64,000 bases of DNA from NCBI RefSeq assembly GCF_036321535.1, contig NC_087436.1, positions 102,302,001 through 102,366,000 on the forward strand, given 5' to 3'. This DNA is from Camelus dromedarius (Eukaryota). The notes beneath the pieces are model-generated. The model did not search any database and had not been told where the DNA came from. It saw only the letters and a program-made list of their open reading frames with translations. The position numbers and the translations under genes are program-made. Below, piece after piece: positions 1 to 13,857 of the stretch (positions within the stretch are counted from its first letter, which is position 1; each line of letters opens with the position of its first letter).

Positions 1-289
1 AGTGAGTTTTACACATATTTTACTACTTATTAGAAATAAGAATAGATGTACAAACATACACAAATAAGTGTCTCTACTCTTGAATAATAATAAATCAGTG
101 ATAGTAAAGCTCTATATCTCTTTATGTGCTTACAAGCACATCATACATTTTACTTGGGAAAAAGTGAAGGAGTTAATTTTGTCATATTTGAGCCCTGCCA
201 AAGGAGTCACTCAGTGATTGATAGCTGTTGAAGAATGAGTTCAAAAGTACAAATTTATTTCTGATTCTCTCTTGTGATGTGTCCTTAAA

Positions 290-420
290 AAATACTTGCT
301 CTCTTTATTCCTTAGATTCAACGTAAAATGGGACTATCAATATAGAACTTACTACTTGGAGACTTTATGGTGAATGAGGAGAATTAACCAAAACGATGAC
401 AGATAAGTGTTTTGAACTGC
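290..420 (+). mobile_element. MIR SINE fragment, highly decayed
   Basis: 'gtaaaatgggactatcaatatagaacttactacttggagactttatggtgaatgag' resembles the MIR core (TGTAAAATGGGGATAATAATAGTACCTACCTCATAGGGTTGTTGTGAGGATT); boundaries approximate. Confidence 0.45.
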
Positions 421-1334
421 TTTCTAAAGAAAAGTTTCAAAGAAACACAAACCTCTCAGGGCATAAAAGTGCTTTTGAAAGTGGAGAAAAATATAGCTGA
501 GAGTGAGAGGTTAGTAATGAGGAAAAGGAAGATCAGAAAGGAGGGAGGTTAGAGATCAGAAGTTACAGCCTCTTTCATTTCACAGAGGTAACACCAGGCA
601 AGGGCACTGCTAATCTCTTCTGGATGAGGTGGAGGGATCTTGTATTGCATCTTTATTAATGATTTTGGAAAGGGAATAACCATCAAGCTAATTAAACACA
701 AGTAGGCAGGCATTATGGACATCTGCAGGGGCAAAGCTGTAGAGATTAGAGAGGCAGAATAGAAATAACTTAATAAGAGTCAATCTGGAAGACCGAAAGT
801 TAGGGCACCAAAGAAAGAGCACAGTAGCAAAATTAAAATCAATAATCTGTGATTCCAAAATCAATGGTGTTATTGTAAATATCAATGAACATGCCTATGG
901 CAAATCAAAATACTGGGCAGGGTTGAAAGAATACCTAGTTTCATAAGATCATTTAATTTGGCAGGTAATATTTCTATACTGCTAGGTGTTTATGTGCGTT
1001 GCAGGAGAAAGTGATCATGAACAATCTAACCAAAACAAGTTAGGTAGATTATGGCTCAGTTCACTGAGCTGTATGTATATGATGTGAGAAGCAAAATTAA
1101 GAAGGTGGATTTATGTCTCCAGAAAAATGCCCTGAAAGCTTGCTCTCAAGGTAGGCTGGTTGGTAGTTGCTTAGCAACTATCTTAACCTTTGAGTCCCTC
1201 CTGGTTAATATTTGTACTAAAATGCTAACAAAAGTTAGGGTTATGACACTGGTTTTTTTTGTTTAAAAAAAAAAGCCAGATAATTTTTCCAAAACACAAT
1301 GAATGAAAATAAGGGAAAATAAATTGTTACAGAG

Positions 1335-1850
1335 TTTACATAGTTTTTGGAGATCAACTTGACAATACCTATCAACATTATAAATGTGCATACTTTTCAC
1401 CATCCAAGTTTAATTCTAGGAATCTATCTTAAGCAACTATTTAATAAGTGTGATACATACATACAAATTATATTTCTCATAATAGCGAAAAATACCATTA
1501 ACTACCTAAATGTACTATAATAAGGGCATTACGGTATATTTGTAACATGGAACTATATGCAGGCGCTATAGAAAAGAGATGACATTTGTTGTGCTAACTT
1601 GATGAGTTATAAAGTGAAACTTCTAACATTCACAAATCTAAAGTAATAATATTAGAGTGTATGTGTGTACATGTGTTTGTAGAAGATCTTAAATGATATA
1701 AACAAAAATTTTCATCTTAATGACTCAGTGGAAATGGTTGAAGTGACGAAGTGATAAGGGGGTGAGAAAATTGTAATTTTTTTTTATTTTGTGAAGTGTT
1801 ATATTGCTTGAGTTTCCTTAAGCATTACATTTATAATAAAACTATGTATA
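1335..1850 (+). mobile_element. Old L1 (L1ME/L1MC-type) 3' region fragment
   Basis: 'tttggagatcaacttgacaatacctatcaacattataaatgtgcatac...aattctaggaatctatcttaag' matches the motif order of ancient L1M ORF2 end/3'UTR. Confidence 0.6.
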
Positions 1851-3849
1851 ATTATGACGTTGAGATGATGAAATCTTATTCTAGTGATGTTTAAAGAAAT
1901 TTACTGGATATATGTTTGGCATAAGTTGAAAAATAATTTGTATAATGACATTTATCTAATTGGAATGAAGTGCACACATGAAAAACTGAGTGGAAAAAAT
2001 TGTGAAAAATAATAAAATTTGCAATCATAAATAGAAAAAAGAGAGTGGACATATGAGAATAAAATAAGGAAGAAAATTAAATTTTAATTATTTCTAATAC
2101 AAAAGATAAAAACTATGATTCTTCCTCAACTGGCCATATCACATCATCTGATGTCACTAAAAAATTTGATTCTCTTTCTGTCAATCTGCAAAATCCTATA
2201 TTTACACCTAGTAAATCCCATCCTTTGATGTATGGATTTTGTGTTTCTATGCAAAAAGCCTGATAGTTTTCTAATAGACCCAAGTACATTCATCACTTGA
2301 AATCTCCTCACACCATTTCTGACATTAATTGGAATTAGGTCTCTGGAAAATTATGAACTAAGTGTCATATACCTGAAGGTACAGAATGTATGAAGAGTAA
2401 AGAGACTGCCCATAAAATATAAAGTAAGGAATTCTGCTTTTGCCATACACTTGGTCTTTGCAAAATGAATAGGCTAAAAAAAGTACATATTTTATTTTGA
2501 AAGAAAATTATTGGGAAAAAAAGACAGCAGCTTGACATCCTAAATTTTAAAGTAATCAAGAAGATTGCATCTCTCGAGGAGTGTAATTTAAGCCTGGACT
2601 TCTTGCTCAGCCTTCATTAATTCAACGCTTCACCATTCCATGTAAATGTGCCTTAATGTCTTAGTTTGTACGGAAAAACTTTTTCAATACATCTAATGGA
2701 ATAGAGTAAGTTATATTTTTTATCACATATTTTTAAAATTTTACAATAAAAGTTATAGTGTTCATGTAAAACTAATTTGTTTTGCTTGCCACTGGTAAGC
2801 GAAATTTTTTCGTGAAAATCCAGAGTATAATTATAATTACACACTCATTCCAGATTTTATTTTTTTCTTGCTGGGATTTTCTTTCTTTAAAATCAACCAA
2901 CTCACTCCAAGTGGAGTTCCTCATTTTTGTTCACTTTTTGTCATTCTCACTCATCTTTCTTTCTCTTTCTCTTTTTCCTCCTAACTTGTAAAGTCTTAAT
3001 GCAGTCAATAATTTTCCCAGGTTTTTCTTTTTCATACAGATTCCTATTTCATGGAAAGAATGTCAGATATTCAGAATAAAGAGGATAAAATTTTCTGCTA
3101 AATGTAAATGAGAAATAAATCTGATATTTATGATTCTTATTGAAGTGATAATTATTAAATACAAAGAGATAATTTACAACACCAATATTTGATAATTCAA
3201 AGTTTTGAATTTTTTTCTGCCTACATTAATATAGATTAGATTTTAAGAATCATGAGATTTATAAAATAATGTTTTTTGACAGCCTGTTGTAAGAATGCTC
3301 AATCTCCCCTTTAAATGGACACTTAAATACATGATCCATCTATATCAGAACAAGCAAGATCAAAAATCACTGAGATTTTAGAATCTGCTATTCTGAATAC
3401 ATTTTTTTAAAAAAATATGTAAAAGTGCAAAAGTGCATGATAATATCAGAATGTGTCTAAAAAAAGAAATCACTAATATTACTACTACTACTACTAAACT
3501 TAAATAAGTGTAAGGATGCCCAGAAAGTTGGTATGATATGTGAATCTACTTGGATTATGTAGGATATTAATCTATAGACTCTGAAAATTTTGGTTGATTT
3601 CTTTTCCTCAACTGGTTACTTGTCTATTCATTCATGAGTTTGAACAAATATTTGAAATACTACCATAAATGTATTTTCACTCTTGTATTTCTAAAAATTA
3701 GCAATTATCTTATTTAAAATCACTTATATCTTTAACCTAGATGTTATTAGATACATTTTTCATTCATAGAAGAATGAAATATATGATGATTATTTTAAGT
3801 ACTAGATAATGCTTATATGAATAAATAACAATTTTATGAGTTTTACCAA

Positions 3850-4190
3850 TAGGAGCCTCAGCAGTTTCTCAGGGCAAGTATCTGAAGGAAATGTCCTAAA
3901 TCTTCAGACAGAGGGAGAGGAAAGTAGCAATCTTGAAATAATCCCAAAGTAGTTTGTTCTCCTTAAAAAGAACTGCCTCAATGGAAACTATTTTACCAGA
4001 GCCTGACTTACATGGGGAAGGGAAATAAATAACCGACTCTAGGCCTCTCTAGACTCACCTAAGGGGTAAAAAAAATGCTGAGAAGCACTTGTGAAAGATA
4101 GAGCCCAGGGCCACGGGCTTATTAGAAGACTGAGGCCAAATCATAGGATTATAGAATGCTTCCCTCTCCTACATCTAACCAACACATGAT
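3850..4190 (+). mobile_element. Ancient L1M 5'-region fragment
   Basis: 'gaaactattttaccagagcctgac...ggggaagggaaata...ctgagaagcacttgtgaa...aagactgaggccaaatcataggattatagaatgcttccctctcc' recalls old L1M 5' ends; subfamily not resolved. Confidence 0.5.
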
Positions 4191-5435
4191 TACTTATCTA
4201 GAATATTCCAGATTTTGATCTATCTTCCTGAAGATTGTTGTTGCTATGGTTTTGTTTGTTTCTTTTTTTGTTAAATAAATTGCCTTGATGAAACAAAAAA
4301 TCTTGCTCTCCTGTGGTGAGCAGCCACAATGCCTTGGCTCAGTTTTTTTTTTGTTTGTTTGTTTTTTAATTTTTATTTTTAAGACTGGATTACTAGAACC
4401 ATTGTGCTCATGGTGTTTAGAGGGCAATGATTAGACCATTATGTTCAACCTCTAGCCAGTATTGCTTGTGATTTCTGCTGATAGATCTGCTTACAGACAA
4501 TTTTAAAAAATGTACATTTTCTGGCTATTTTCAAGTTTTTCTCATATTTTATTTTGTTTGGCTTTTTTTTTTTAAGTTATCTCCTGTGTATATATATGAA
4601 TCTTTAGGGTCAACCAGGAATTTGTGGTTGACTTTGGCCATTTCTTCCCTGCTACTTATCTTTATATTCTGGGTCATAAATAAAGTTGCCCCAGTTATGA
4701 CTGAAACTCTGGGCTAGTACAAATTGTTACCTCCATCAATAATGCTACTGGATTTAGGCAATGCTCACAGGTCCATATCAAGTGAGCTTTTTTCCATTGT
4801 GGAAAGGAAACGGTTGTTTCTGCAGAACCTCTGTGTTTGTCAGCTATTGAGTAGGAGTGGGGTGGAGGTGAGGGGTACCATCCAAAGGGTGGATCATCCC
4901 AGATTCCTATCATTCTTTCTAGAAGTTCAATATTTATTCAAACATAGACAGTTTTCATATAAATATGTGGTCATTTTCCAAAGCACTGAAATGATTGTTT
5001 TTGTCAATTTGGTCCTGCTTTATAGCTGTTTTTAGGGGAAAATTTTCTTGGCCATAGCAATACTTAACATGACCCCCTAAACAAGTTTTTAAACCTCTGT
5101 ACAAAGGAATTCTTTGGTTGTGTGTGTGTGTGTTTACGTACATTTCTATGTAAGTTTAAATTGTTAAACTGAAATTGATTTCTTTTGAAGATTCACATTA
5201 TGGAGAGACATGATATCTAATGTTTGAGTGTTTTTATGGATTATGGCTAAATGATGATTATGAAGTACTATAAGAAACATAAAAAATAAATGAACAACCA
5301 AAATGTGTTAAAGAAAGCATGGTAGTAAGAGATGTCAATGAAATTATTAAAAATTATAACCTTGAAAATATTATTTATTTTAGTAAATATAAGCCTTTAT
5401 GTTATAGCTATATATTGATGATATTGATTAGCAGA

Positions 5436-5934
5436 TGTGGTGAGCAGAATTCTAAAGTGGTGACCAAGTTTTATGCTTCATGATGGTTATATTATATAGC
5501 AAAGGTGGATCTCACAGATATGATCAATTTAAACTATTCAGGAGGTAAATTATCCTGGCTAGGCCTGACATAATCAGAGAAGCAGGTCTAGATGTAAAAG
5601 TCAGAGGCAGGCAAGCAACAGAAACTTCAAGCAAAGTACCATGTCACATGGCAGGTAACAATGGGAGGCCTCTAAGAACTGATTGGTTGGTTTGGTCCTA
5701 CAGCCAAAAAGAACTGAATTATGTCAACAAGCATTGAGTTTGGAAGAAGACTGTAAATATTGGATTACCACCCATGCTGACGTCTTGTTTCCAGTCTATG
5801 AGAACCTGAACAAGGTACTCAGGTAAACTATATCTGGATTTCTAACCTACAGACACTGTAGAATAATAAAGAGGTGTCATTGATAGTCACTAAATTTATA
5901 GTAATTTTTAATGTGACAATAGAAAATTAATACA
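5436..5934 (+). mobile_element. MaLR solo LTR (MLT1E/D-like)
   Basis: Starts TGTGGTGAGCAGAATTCTAAAG and ends AATAGAAAATTAATACA; internal 'aagaactgaattatgtcaacaa' and 'ctggatttctaacctacagacactgt' are MLT1 motifs. Confidence 0.8.
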
Positions 5935-5984
5935 GTGAATATTATCAAAGTAACATTTTAGTTGATATCATGACCGTTTGTTGT

Positions 5985-6428
5985 TTCACCCTTCTTTAGT
6001 TAAAAGCCTCCTAAATTTCCTTTGGTGTTTCACTTCTTTTCCACCATTAGTCCATGTTCCTCTGTTGGATCTAATTAATCCTTCACCACAGAGCCACATT
6101 CTGGGTTGGGCAAATAATAGTAACATGTAATTCATTCTGCACCTGCTTTTTTCTGCTAAGTTCTATAAACTAATAATATAAAAGTCTTAAGATATAGGTG
6201 ATCATGTTTGCCACTACAAAGACAGCTTGTACATTGAAATGAAGGCAACACAGAGACAAAGAGAGATTAGATAGATTTGACAAAGCCCTCGTGTCTACTT
6301 GTTCCTGAACATAAGTTTGACACTGAAAATGCCAGTTACATCAGCCAATCAAATAACAAATTTGTTTTCCTTAGACCATTCTGAGTTTAATTCTACTTCA
6401 TGCAGCTGCAAGAAGCTTGACTAATGAA
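5985..6428 (+). mobile_element. Old ERVL/MaLR-type LTR (LTR33/MLT1J-like), decayed
   Basis: 3' end 'ccagttacatcagccaat...ttccttagaccattctgagtttaattctacttcatgcagctgcaagaagcttgactaat' is typical of old ERVL-class LTRs. Confidence 0.5.
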
Positions 6429-7816
6429 ATAACGATTCAAAAGAGAAATTTTAGATCAGAAAAATTTAGTCTGAGAATGTGAATTCACTGGGCATGATTA
6501 ATATATGGTGTACATGTCACTAATTTCCTTAATAATCTTTCAGCAAACACTGCTAATAGATCTCTTTACTTTTGTTCTTGGCACGATTTTAGATCCTTAT
6601 TAGAGTTCTCCAGATTTAGCATAAAATTTGGAAGCTATTCCGTTACTTACATAGAATTATAATAGTCATGAATAAAAGACTAACTACTGTTACTTCCTTG
6701 CTCCCTGTTTTCTTAGTATTATTTTGTTTATAAACAAACTAGAATTTTTAGATAGTAAAAAGATAAGGCTACTAGAAGAATATTAGGAATTACTTTGTTG
6801 GTTACTAAAAGTGTCATAGTCATGTGTAAGACTATCATTTGTTAAAATAATTTCTCATAGTTCAATGACAATGGGTGTGCATATTACTGAATATAATGCT
6901 AGAGAATTGTTAAAATATCTAATAATTGTCAAAACAGAAGCAATGCATATGCTATAAATTAAAATAGTAGAATTCATAAGATTTAAGTGAATTCTAATAG
7001 ATTTTCCATCATTCAAGAGAATTTGTCCTTAGTTCTTTGAGTGCCCAAGGACTATAATCTAAGAAATAGATCTCAAAATTTTTGCTTTGATTGCCAGGAT
7101 CCCATACTTGGCAGTACATGAACAAAGCTCCCACAATTTTTTTCAACCTAGTCCTTACATAAGACATGAGAAATTGGTTTAAATATGAGCTCATATTTAA
7201 AAAATAAGTTAATAATTTTAATTGCAGATATATACATTTACTTTCTATGTAATTTTTATCCAGCACAGAACTGAGAAGAGATATTTATGAAAAAAACCTA
7301 AAACTGAATAATTCTGCAGTTGCTCACTAGTACTTTTCACTTGGTTTGCATTTAGTATCATTGCAAATTAGAATAATTTCCCTACAGTCAGAGATATAAA
7401 ATTGAAGTTATTTGCATTAAAAAATCACCTTTAAATATCTTAAAAGATGGTTCAAGGCAAAAGAAACCTATTAGCTCTATAAAGTCTGATAAATGAGACT
7501 GTGCAAACTGCAATCATGTAATTGAAAGGGTATACTAAGTCTTTGCTTGGAGGACAGTTGAATCGTGTCCTTAAAATAAGAGAGAAAATGAGAAGGGATT
7601 TTGGGAATTTAATTGCTTGGAGGGAAAACAAGGAAAATTTAGTTAAAATGGTTATGCTTAACTGCAATTTAAAAATGATTCCTAGATTTAAAATCTTAAT
7701 AACATGTAAAATGTGTGCTTCATTAATTCAACTTATACACACTTCCCCAGTACATCATAAATATGTGAAAAGAATTAAGTAAAACAAAATGGAATTCTTT
7801 AAGTTGCAATGATTAA

Positions 7817-7957
7817 ATAATAACAATAGCTAATGTTCGTTTCATGCTCAGATTTTGTTAATTCTATATGCATTGTCAAACCTAATTTTCCATATTACAC
7901 CAAGAGGTAGATATTTATTACTAAGTGTACTTTAGGGATGAGAAACTGAGGTCTCCT
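7817..7957 (-). mobile_element. MIR SINE
   Basis: 'ataataacaatagctaatg...gaggtagatatttatta...tttagggatgagaaactgagg' is the antisense MIR core. Confidence 0.7.
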
Positions 7958-8269
7958 CAGATACTAAATGGTAGATAAACTATGGAATAATCTAATGGAA
8001 TAAATACCATGCAGTCACTAAAAATGATATTAGAAAGGTATATTTAATTTATGGAAAATATTTCTAATAGGTAAATAAAGTAATTGAATTAAATAAATAA
8101 TAGACATTAGTGAGTTTGACATTATGAGTAAGATTTGACTTTTTACTATTTTCATTATTTTCCAAATTTCCTACAATTGACTTGTATATCTTTTCTAAAC
8201 AGGAAAGCAATTTCATTTATTAGTTCATAAAATCAGCCATGGAGATACTTTTTGAGCCATAAAAATAAA

Positions 8270-8490
8270 AGCTTTGTGCCTACTGTATTCCAGGTACTAA
8301 TTTAAGTGCTTTGCTCATCTATTAATTTTCTATGCCTCGCAATAATTTGATGAAGTGGATATTAACATTTTTACTATTATTATAATTTCACAATTGAAAA
8401 ACCAAGATACAGAGAAGTTAAATAACTTGTTGAAGATCACAGCTGAAAAGTGGCAATGGAACTTCAAACAGCGGAGTCACTTTTAGATTC
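8270..8490 (-). mobile_element. MIR SINE
   Basis: 'gtgcctactgtattccaggtact...ctaagtgctt'-like start and 'cagagaagttaaataacttgttgaagatcacagctg' are antisense MIR motifs. Confidence 0.75.
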
Positions 8491-8755
8491 CTTGGCTAAT
8501 CCACTCTCAGCCAGTGCTAACACATTGTCAGTCTTTATTTCCACTCTGGTTTTCCAGACACTGTTTATGTCAGACTTGAATACCTGTCTTTTATATGTTT
8601 CTTTCACACTTGCAAGTTGCAGAGTACAGCAGGGCAGTTTCCAGTTTGGGAAGCAATGTGATGCAGCATATTCTCCAAGTACAGAGAAAAATCTACGTGA
8701 AAATTAGAATCAGCATCACATTTTCTTCTTTCCCGTTTAACTCTGCAGTCACTCA

Positions 8756-8891
8756 TCACGTCATAGTGGCACTGCCAAGAGTAGGGGTAATCACATCACG
8801 AGTCTCAGTTGACTGGTGTCTCGGCCCTTTTAACACAATCGCCCTTTCCATTACTTTGGGATTTCGTATAATATTCTCACTGTTAGAATCA
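8756..8891 (-). other. Candidate 3'-terminal exon (unverified; 44 open codons then TGA)
   Basis: Minus-strand acceptor ctgctaattctgcttcctcctgctgttacAG (CTAAT branch-like, pyrimidine tract, AG at 8893-8892). The phase-2 frame reads DSNSENIIRNPKVMERAIVLKGPRHQSTETRDVITPTLGSATMT then TGA TGA. AATAAA at 8539-8534; 7 CpGs in 8696-8867. No homolog recognised. Confidence 0.25.
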
Positions 8892-9972
8892 CTGTAACAG
8901 CAGGAGGAAGCAGAATTAGCAGTTACAGACAGATATATGCTTATTTCTCAAGTCATTTTTGTTTTCAAATTAAAGGGCATTACATATATGTGAATAAAAA
9001 TGTAGATCTTAATATTTAAATGGATCTTGAATGTGCAGTTTATAGACTCATTACTTCATCTCTTAGCAGGTAATTCAATCCAAACTATGATATGATTAAA
9101 AGAGCAAAACTGCCAATAAATCATAAATTCTTGGTTTTGCAAAGTTAATGTTTTATTCTTGTTGATGTTTATGACAGCTAGTTAAATGTGAGAATTGGTT
9201 TTGGAGTTATATGTTAACTTATGAAATAGAAGTCTACAGATTTTAAAAGAACAAACAACACTGTTACCAAATTCTAATTAACTAAAATTAAATATAATTA
9301 AAATAATATCAATGTATTGTGTAGAATAAATAAAAACCATGTTTTAGGTTTGTCCAAAAATGTAAAAGAAAATTTTAGTGGTAACATATTTTGATTAATG
9401 TCCAGAATAAATTCAAATGTTAGTTCTGAGTTTACTAGTTTAAGTAAATAAATAAAATTGAGGCAATCTTGTGTTAAATACATATTTATATGAACTTTCT
9501 CTCATACAGTTAAACCTCAACTGTGAAAATAAAATACCTGGAAAGTACACAAAGCAAAAATTAAATTTTTGTAATTTAAGTTTAATAATCATTATAAATA
9601 GTAATTTCTTGAAGATTAAAATTTGCCTGTCAGTTATCTCTATTTTCAAGAAGATGAATGAAAATTTTAATTAAATAGCTAATTCCAAAAATGACATATT
9701 TTATTTTAGCCAAACTAGCAATTTTCTTGAAAGTTTAAGATTAGTATCTTCAAATTATCAACCTCAATATTAGAGGTAGAAAAAATATAGCAAAAGTTAA
9801 TATTTCAAACTTGACCTAAAAAAAGGTTAACTCTTTCTGAGAATGTTTAGAATGTACTTTTGACAAGATTTAGATGTGTTAATTTCACAGTGAAATATCA
9901 TAAATCACTTTGATGTTTCATCATCATATATAATGAAATGTTCTTATACTTTTTCTTGTTTGCCATTACTAG

Positions 9973-10467
9973 TGTAAACGAAAAATACTGCAAACCATAT
10001 CAGTAAACAAAGAATGCTAAAGCCATCAAGTCATTAGCGGCTGCTACCTGCCAGTGAAGACAAGCCTGCAGCCTGGCCTCTGCAGCCACTCACAGTGGTG
10101 CACCCTGAGGGGACTCAGAATAAGAAAGGACAGGATACAGGCCTTAGATAGCCAGGTGCTTGTCAAAGGAATGAAGTCAATGAACCCAAATGTTTGCTTC
10201 CTCCCATACATAGAAAAGCACTAAATTCTTTAACTTGAGATGCCTAGTTTTCTTTAGTTAACAAGTAATCTTTTAATGTTCCAACTACCTGGTCTTTGTA
10301 GTAAAACTGCTATATATCTTAGCTTCTCCCCTACCTCTTTGGAGGAGTCCCTCAGAGCGATCTGAGAGGCTGTCATCCTGGGCTCGAAGGGGTAAGAGTC
10401 CTCAGAAATATCCGCCAAATAAAACATAACTCTCAACTTTTAGGCTGTGGATTTATTTCAGCCGACA
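9973..10467 (+). mobile_element. ERV1-type solo LTR with 4-bp TSD
   Basis: TG...CA termini (TGTAAACG...GCCGACA) flanked by perfect CTAG repeats at 9969-9972 and 10468-10471; TATA-like 'gctatatatc' near 10310; AATAAA near 10418. Confidence 0.9.
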
Positions 10468-11224
10468 CTAGTATTATATTTTATACCATTAGAATGAATC
10501 TAAAGATAAATTTTTAAACTGATCCAGTGTAATGAAAATAGATGCATATGGTCTTAAAAAAAAAGTAAGAAATATCCCATTAGATAATACCAATGTTCCA
10601 TTTTAACCATATTTTAACTTCTAATAGTTGGACCAAAAACATTTGTAGGTAGGAAGATGAGAAAGAATGAAATTGGTATAAGATTAAAGCAAGGAAAGCA
10701 AAATTACATAAGATGAGACTTAAGAATGATTGGAGAAACTCGCAAAAGAAGTTGTTCAGCAGCCAAGGATAGAAAAAAATGGGAGTGAATCTGCTTGTAG
10801 AAATAAAACACCATGTGAAAGAAACAATGACCGCCATGAAAATAGCTAGGGCCTTACCCTATTCCAATAAATATTGAAATCAGAAGCTAAAGGGCAGTCA
10901 TAGTCCCTAAAAGATGCGTATTTAGAATAAGGTGTCTTACCATATGCTATTTAATTTTCTTCACTAATTATATCGTTAGGCAGAATGGACACAATAGATA
11001 AACACTCACTGAAATGAAAATCAATATGCCAGGTGGTCAGTCATGCACTTTCTCATCACCTGGAACTGTCCACACGGCTGTCTCACAGCGTGATGTCTGG
11101 ATCCTTTCAGGGCTAGTTAGAGAGAGAGGGAAAATGTAAAAGACAAGGAGGGCCCAAGATAAAAATTGCCATGTTTTATAAGATAATCAAATAAATAATA
11201 CTCTATCACTTCTTTTATGTTTTA

Positions 11225-11342
11225 TTTATTAGTAGCGAGTCACCAAACCCAGCCCACAGGCAAGCAAAGGGTACCACAATGTGGCAGGGATACCAGCAGG
11301 TGAAGATCTTTGGGGCCCATTTTGCAGGGTGCCTGCTCCACT
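11225..11342 (-). mobile_element. MLT1 LTR fragment
   Basis: 'gagtcaccaaacccagcccacaggcaag...ataccagcaggtgaagatctttggggcccattttgcagggtgcctgctcca' resembles the antisense 5' end of MLT1F/G. Confidence 0.55.
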
Positions 11343-11589
11343 AATATCAATGTCTGCTTCTGCCAATCCACTTAACAAAAATTCAAGACTATAGCTCAGC
11401 ATATCTTGAGTCTTACATATAACAGAACACTGAAGACGGCATTGCAGGCACATTACCTTGTTTTACCTCTGCATTTTACAAATCAGAAGGCTGAGAACCA
11501 GAGAAGAAACACAACTTGTTTGAGAAAAACCTAAAATGAAAGCAAAGTTCTGACGGTCTTTCTATTAAATTCTCTGACAAGTTGTCAAC

Positions 11590-13050
11590 TTCTAAAAACT
11601 ATTTTGAAATCATTTTAGATTTACTAAATACTTGTCAAGATGATTTAATGAGTCCGCATGAACTTTCATGCATCCCCTAATACTAACATTGTCTGTAATG
11701 ATGGTACATACTTAAAAACTAATACATCACCACTTGTTAGACTTCATTAACATTTTATTAGCACTTATAATACTTTATTCAGATTTTATTATATTTTCCC
11801 ACTAATGATCTTTTACTGGTAAAGGATCCATTCTAGAGCACCATAATGTATTTGGTCATCATATCTCCTTAGTATCCTGTCTATGACAGAATATCAGCAT
11901 TCCCTTCTTTTTCATGACCTTGACAGTTTTGATGAGTTCTGGCAAAGTATTTTGTAGAATATCCCTTGATTTAGGTTGGTCTAATGTTTTCTTATGATTA
12001 GATTTGGGTTATACATTTTGGGGGTATAATACAGCTGTGGTAAAAAGACATTCTTATCACATAATATCAGGTAGAATATGATACTGGCATGACTTACAAT
12101 TGTTAATTTTAATCTTAATTTCTTGGTTAAGGGGGTGTCCGCTAGATTTCTCAACTATAAAATGAGTATTTTTTTTCTTTTTCATATTCTATTCCTTAGA
12201 AGCAGTCACTATATCCAGCCTACTCTCAAGGAGAGGGAAGTAAAACACCTCATGGAAAGAAAAGTATCAAATAATTTATAGATATATAATAAAACTGCCA
12301 GATCTATTAATTAATATTTGGGGAAATTACTTTGACACTGCAGAATATATTGTTTCTGCTTTAAATTTTCACAATAATTTTAGCATTCATCTAGGGACTT
12401 ACTTATAGCAATTATTGCTATAATATTCTAATGTTAATATTCTCTTTTCTTCATCCTTTCTACATGTATGCGGAATTCTTCTGTTAAAAACTCTATTGCT
12501 TCTTATCCTTTGATTTATTCAATAATTTATTCATATCAATGTGGATTCATGTATATTTCTGTTTATGATCTGGGTGATAATCTACTACTCTCATTATTAT
12601 TTTGTTGCTCAAATTGTTCTAGCTTGGGCCATTGAGACTGTTGAATGGTTGGCTCCAATATCTTTTTGACATATGTCATCGTTTTTATAAGCACTTTCTC
12701 ACTTTCCGAAACTACATAGTGTACTGGGCTTATCTTATATAATCCCTGCCCCAGCCCTTGAATCAGCCATCACTTCAGGAAAACTTGGTTTATATTATGG
12801 AAAGGTGTTTGTAAACTATGATGTAGTGCTGAATTGCTCATTGTTACTGGGGTGTCACTGCTTCTAGGCTCTCTCAACATAGTTTGAAATATATGTATGT
12901 ATAGTAAGCCATATAAAAAATATATACATATGTGTATGTGTGTGTGTATATATCTATCTGTATATAAAGTAAAAGTGTCTTATTCATTTTTGATACTCTG
13001 ACTCTAATCTAGTACCACAGACTCTGTCTTACCCTTCCTCATGAACTAAT
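11590..13050 (-). mobile_element. Old L1 3' UTR (L1MC-type), ~1.45 kb
   Basis: Antisense L1MC 3' motifs: 'ttttcatgaccttgacagttttgatgagttctggcaaagtattttgtagaatatccct', 'attattttgttgctcaaattgttctagcttgggccattg', 'ccctgccccagcccttgaatcagccat'. Confidence 0.85.
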
Positions 13051-13857
13051 TGTATTTTTTTTTACAATTACGCTTATGTTTCATCTTGTTAGGATTTGAA
13101 AAATAGTGATTCCATTGAATCTAAGAACTTGTCAAATTGGAGCAGATGCAAAGAATAATGAAACTCTAAATACATTTTACTCTTTCTTCTTGTATGAGCT
13201 CATAAATTAATCTTACTCCTTTCAAAAAATCAAATTATCACCTCCTACAAGATGTTTGACTCTGAAGCTGTTTAAATGTCCTTTCCTTATCTCCCTAATA
13301 CTCTGAGTGTATTTCTAGTATGATGGTGCATTTCACAGAAATGGTCAGTGTCTTTTTCATCTTTGTTTATCCCGCACCTAGTATGCAATAATTGTTCAAG
13401 ACTTTCGATCAACATTTCTTCCAAAATGAAGTTAGACTGATTCATACCTCATGGAAACAACTTGGCATTTCATAGATACTCTTGGAACTTATGAAGAACT
13501 GTCAAGAAATAATTAAAATAGCATTTTTTTCAGAATTTCCAAAGCCATGGATGCTTTTTAGATCAAAATTATTTTTATTCTTCTATATTGTCAGTGGGAT
13601 AAAAATTATAAAAAGGCCTAATGAAAATTAGATTGATACAGCATTGAAGTTAACTCCCCTCAGTCAGTGGCATCTAGTAGTCAAGGCATTTCTACTCTAA
13701 AAAAAAAATCTATAAAGTGAGAGTCAAAAATAAGAGCATTTCCATCTTGCAGGTTTCCCTGAGCTATTGGAAGTTATTCCCTACTTTGTCACATAGTATT
13801 TTAGTAATAATGCTAATGAATCTAATTCGTTAATGAATATACTTTATTATAAACATA

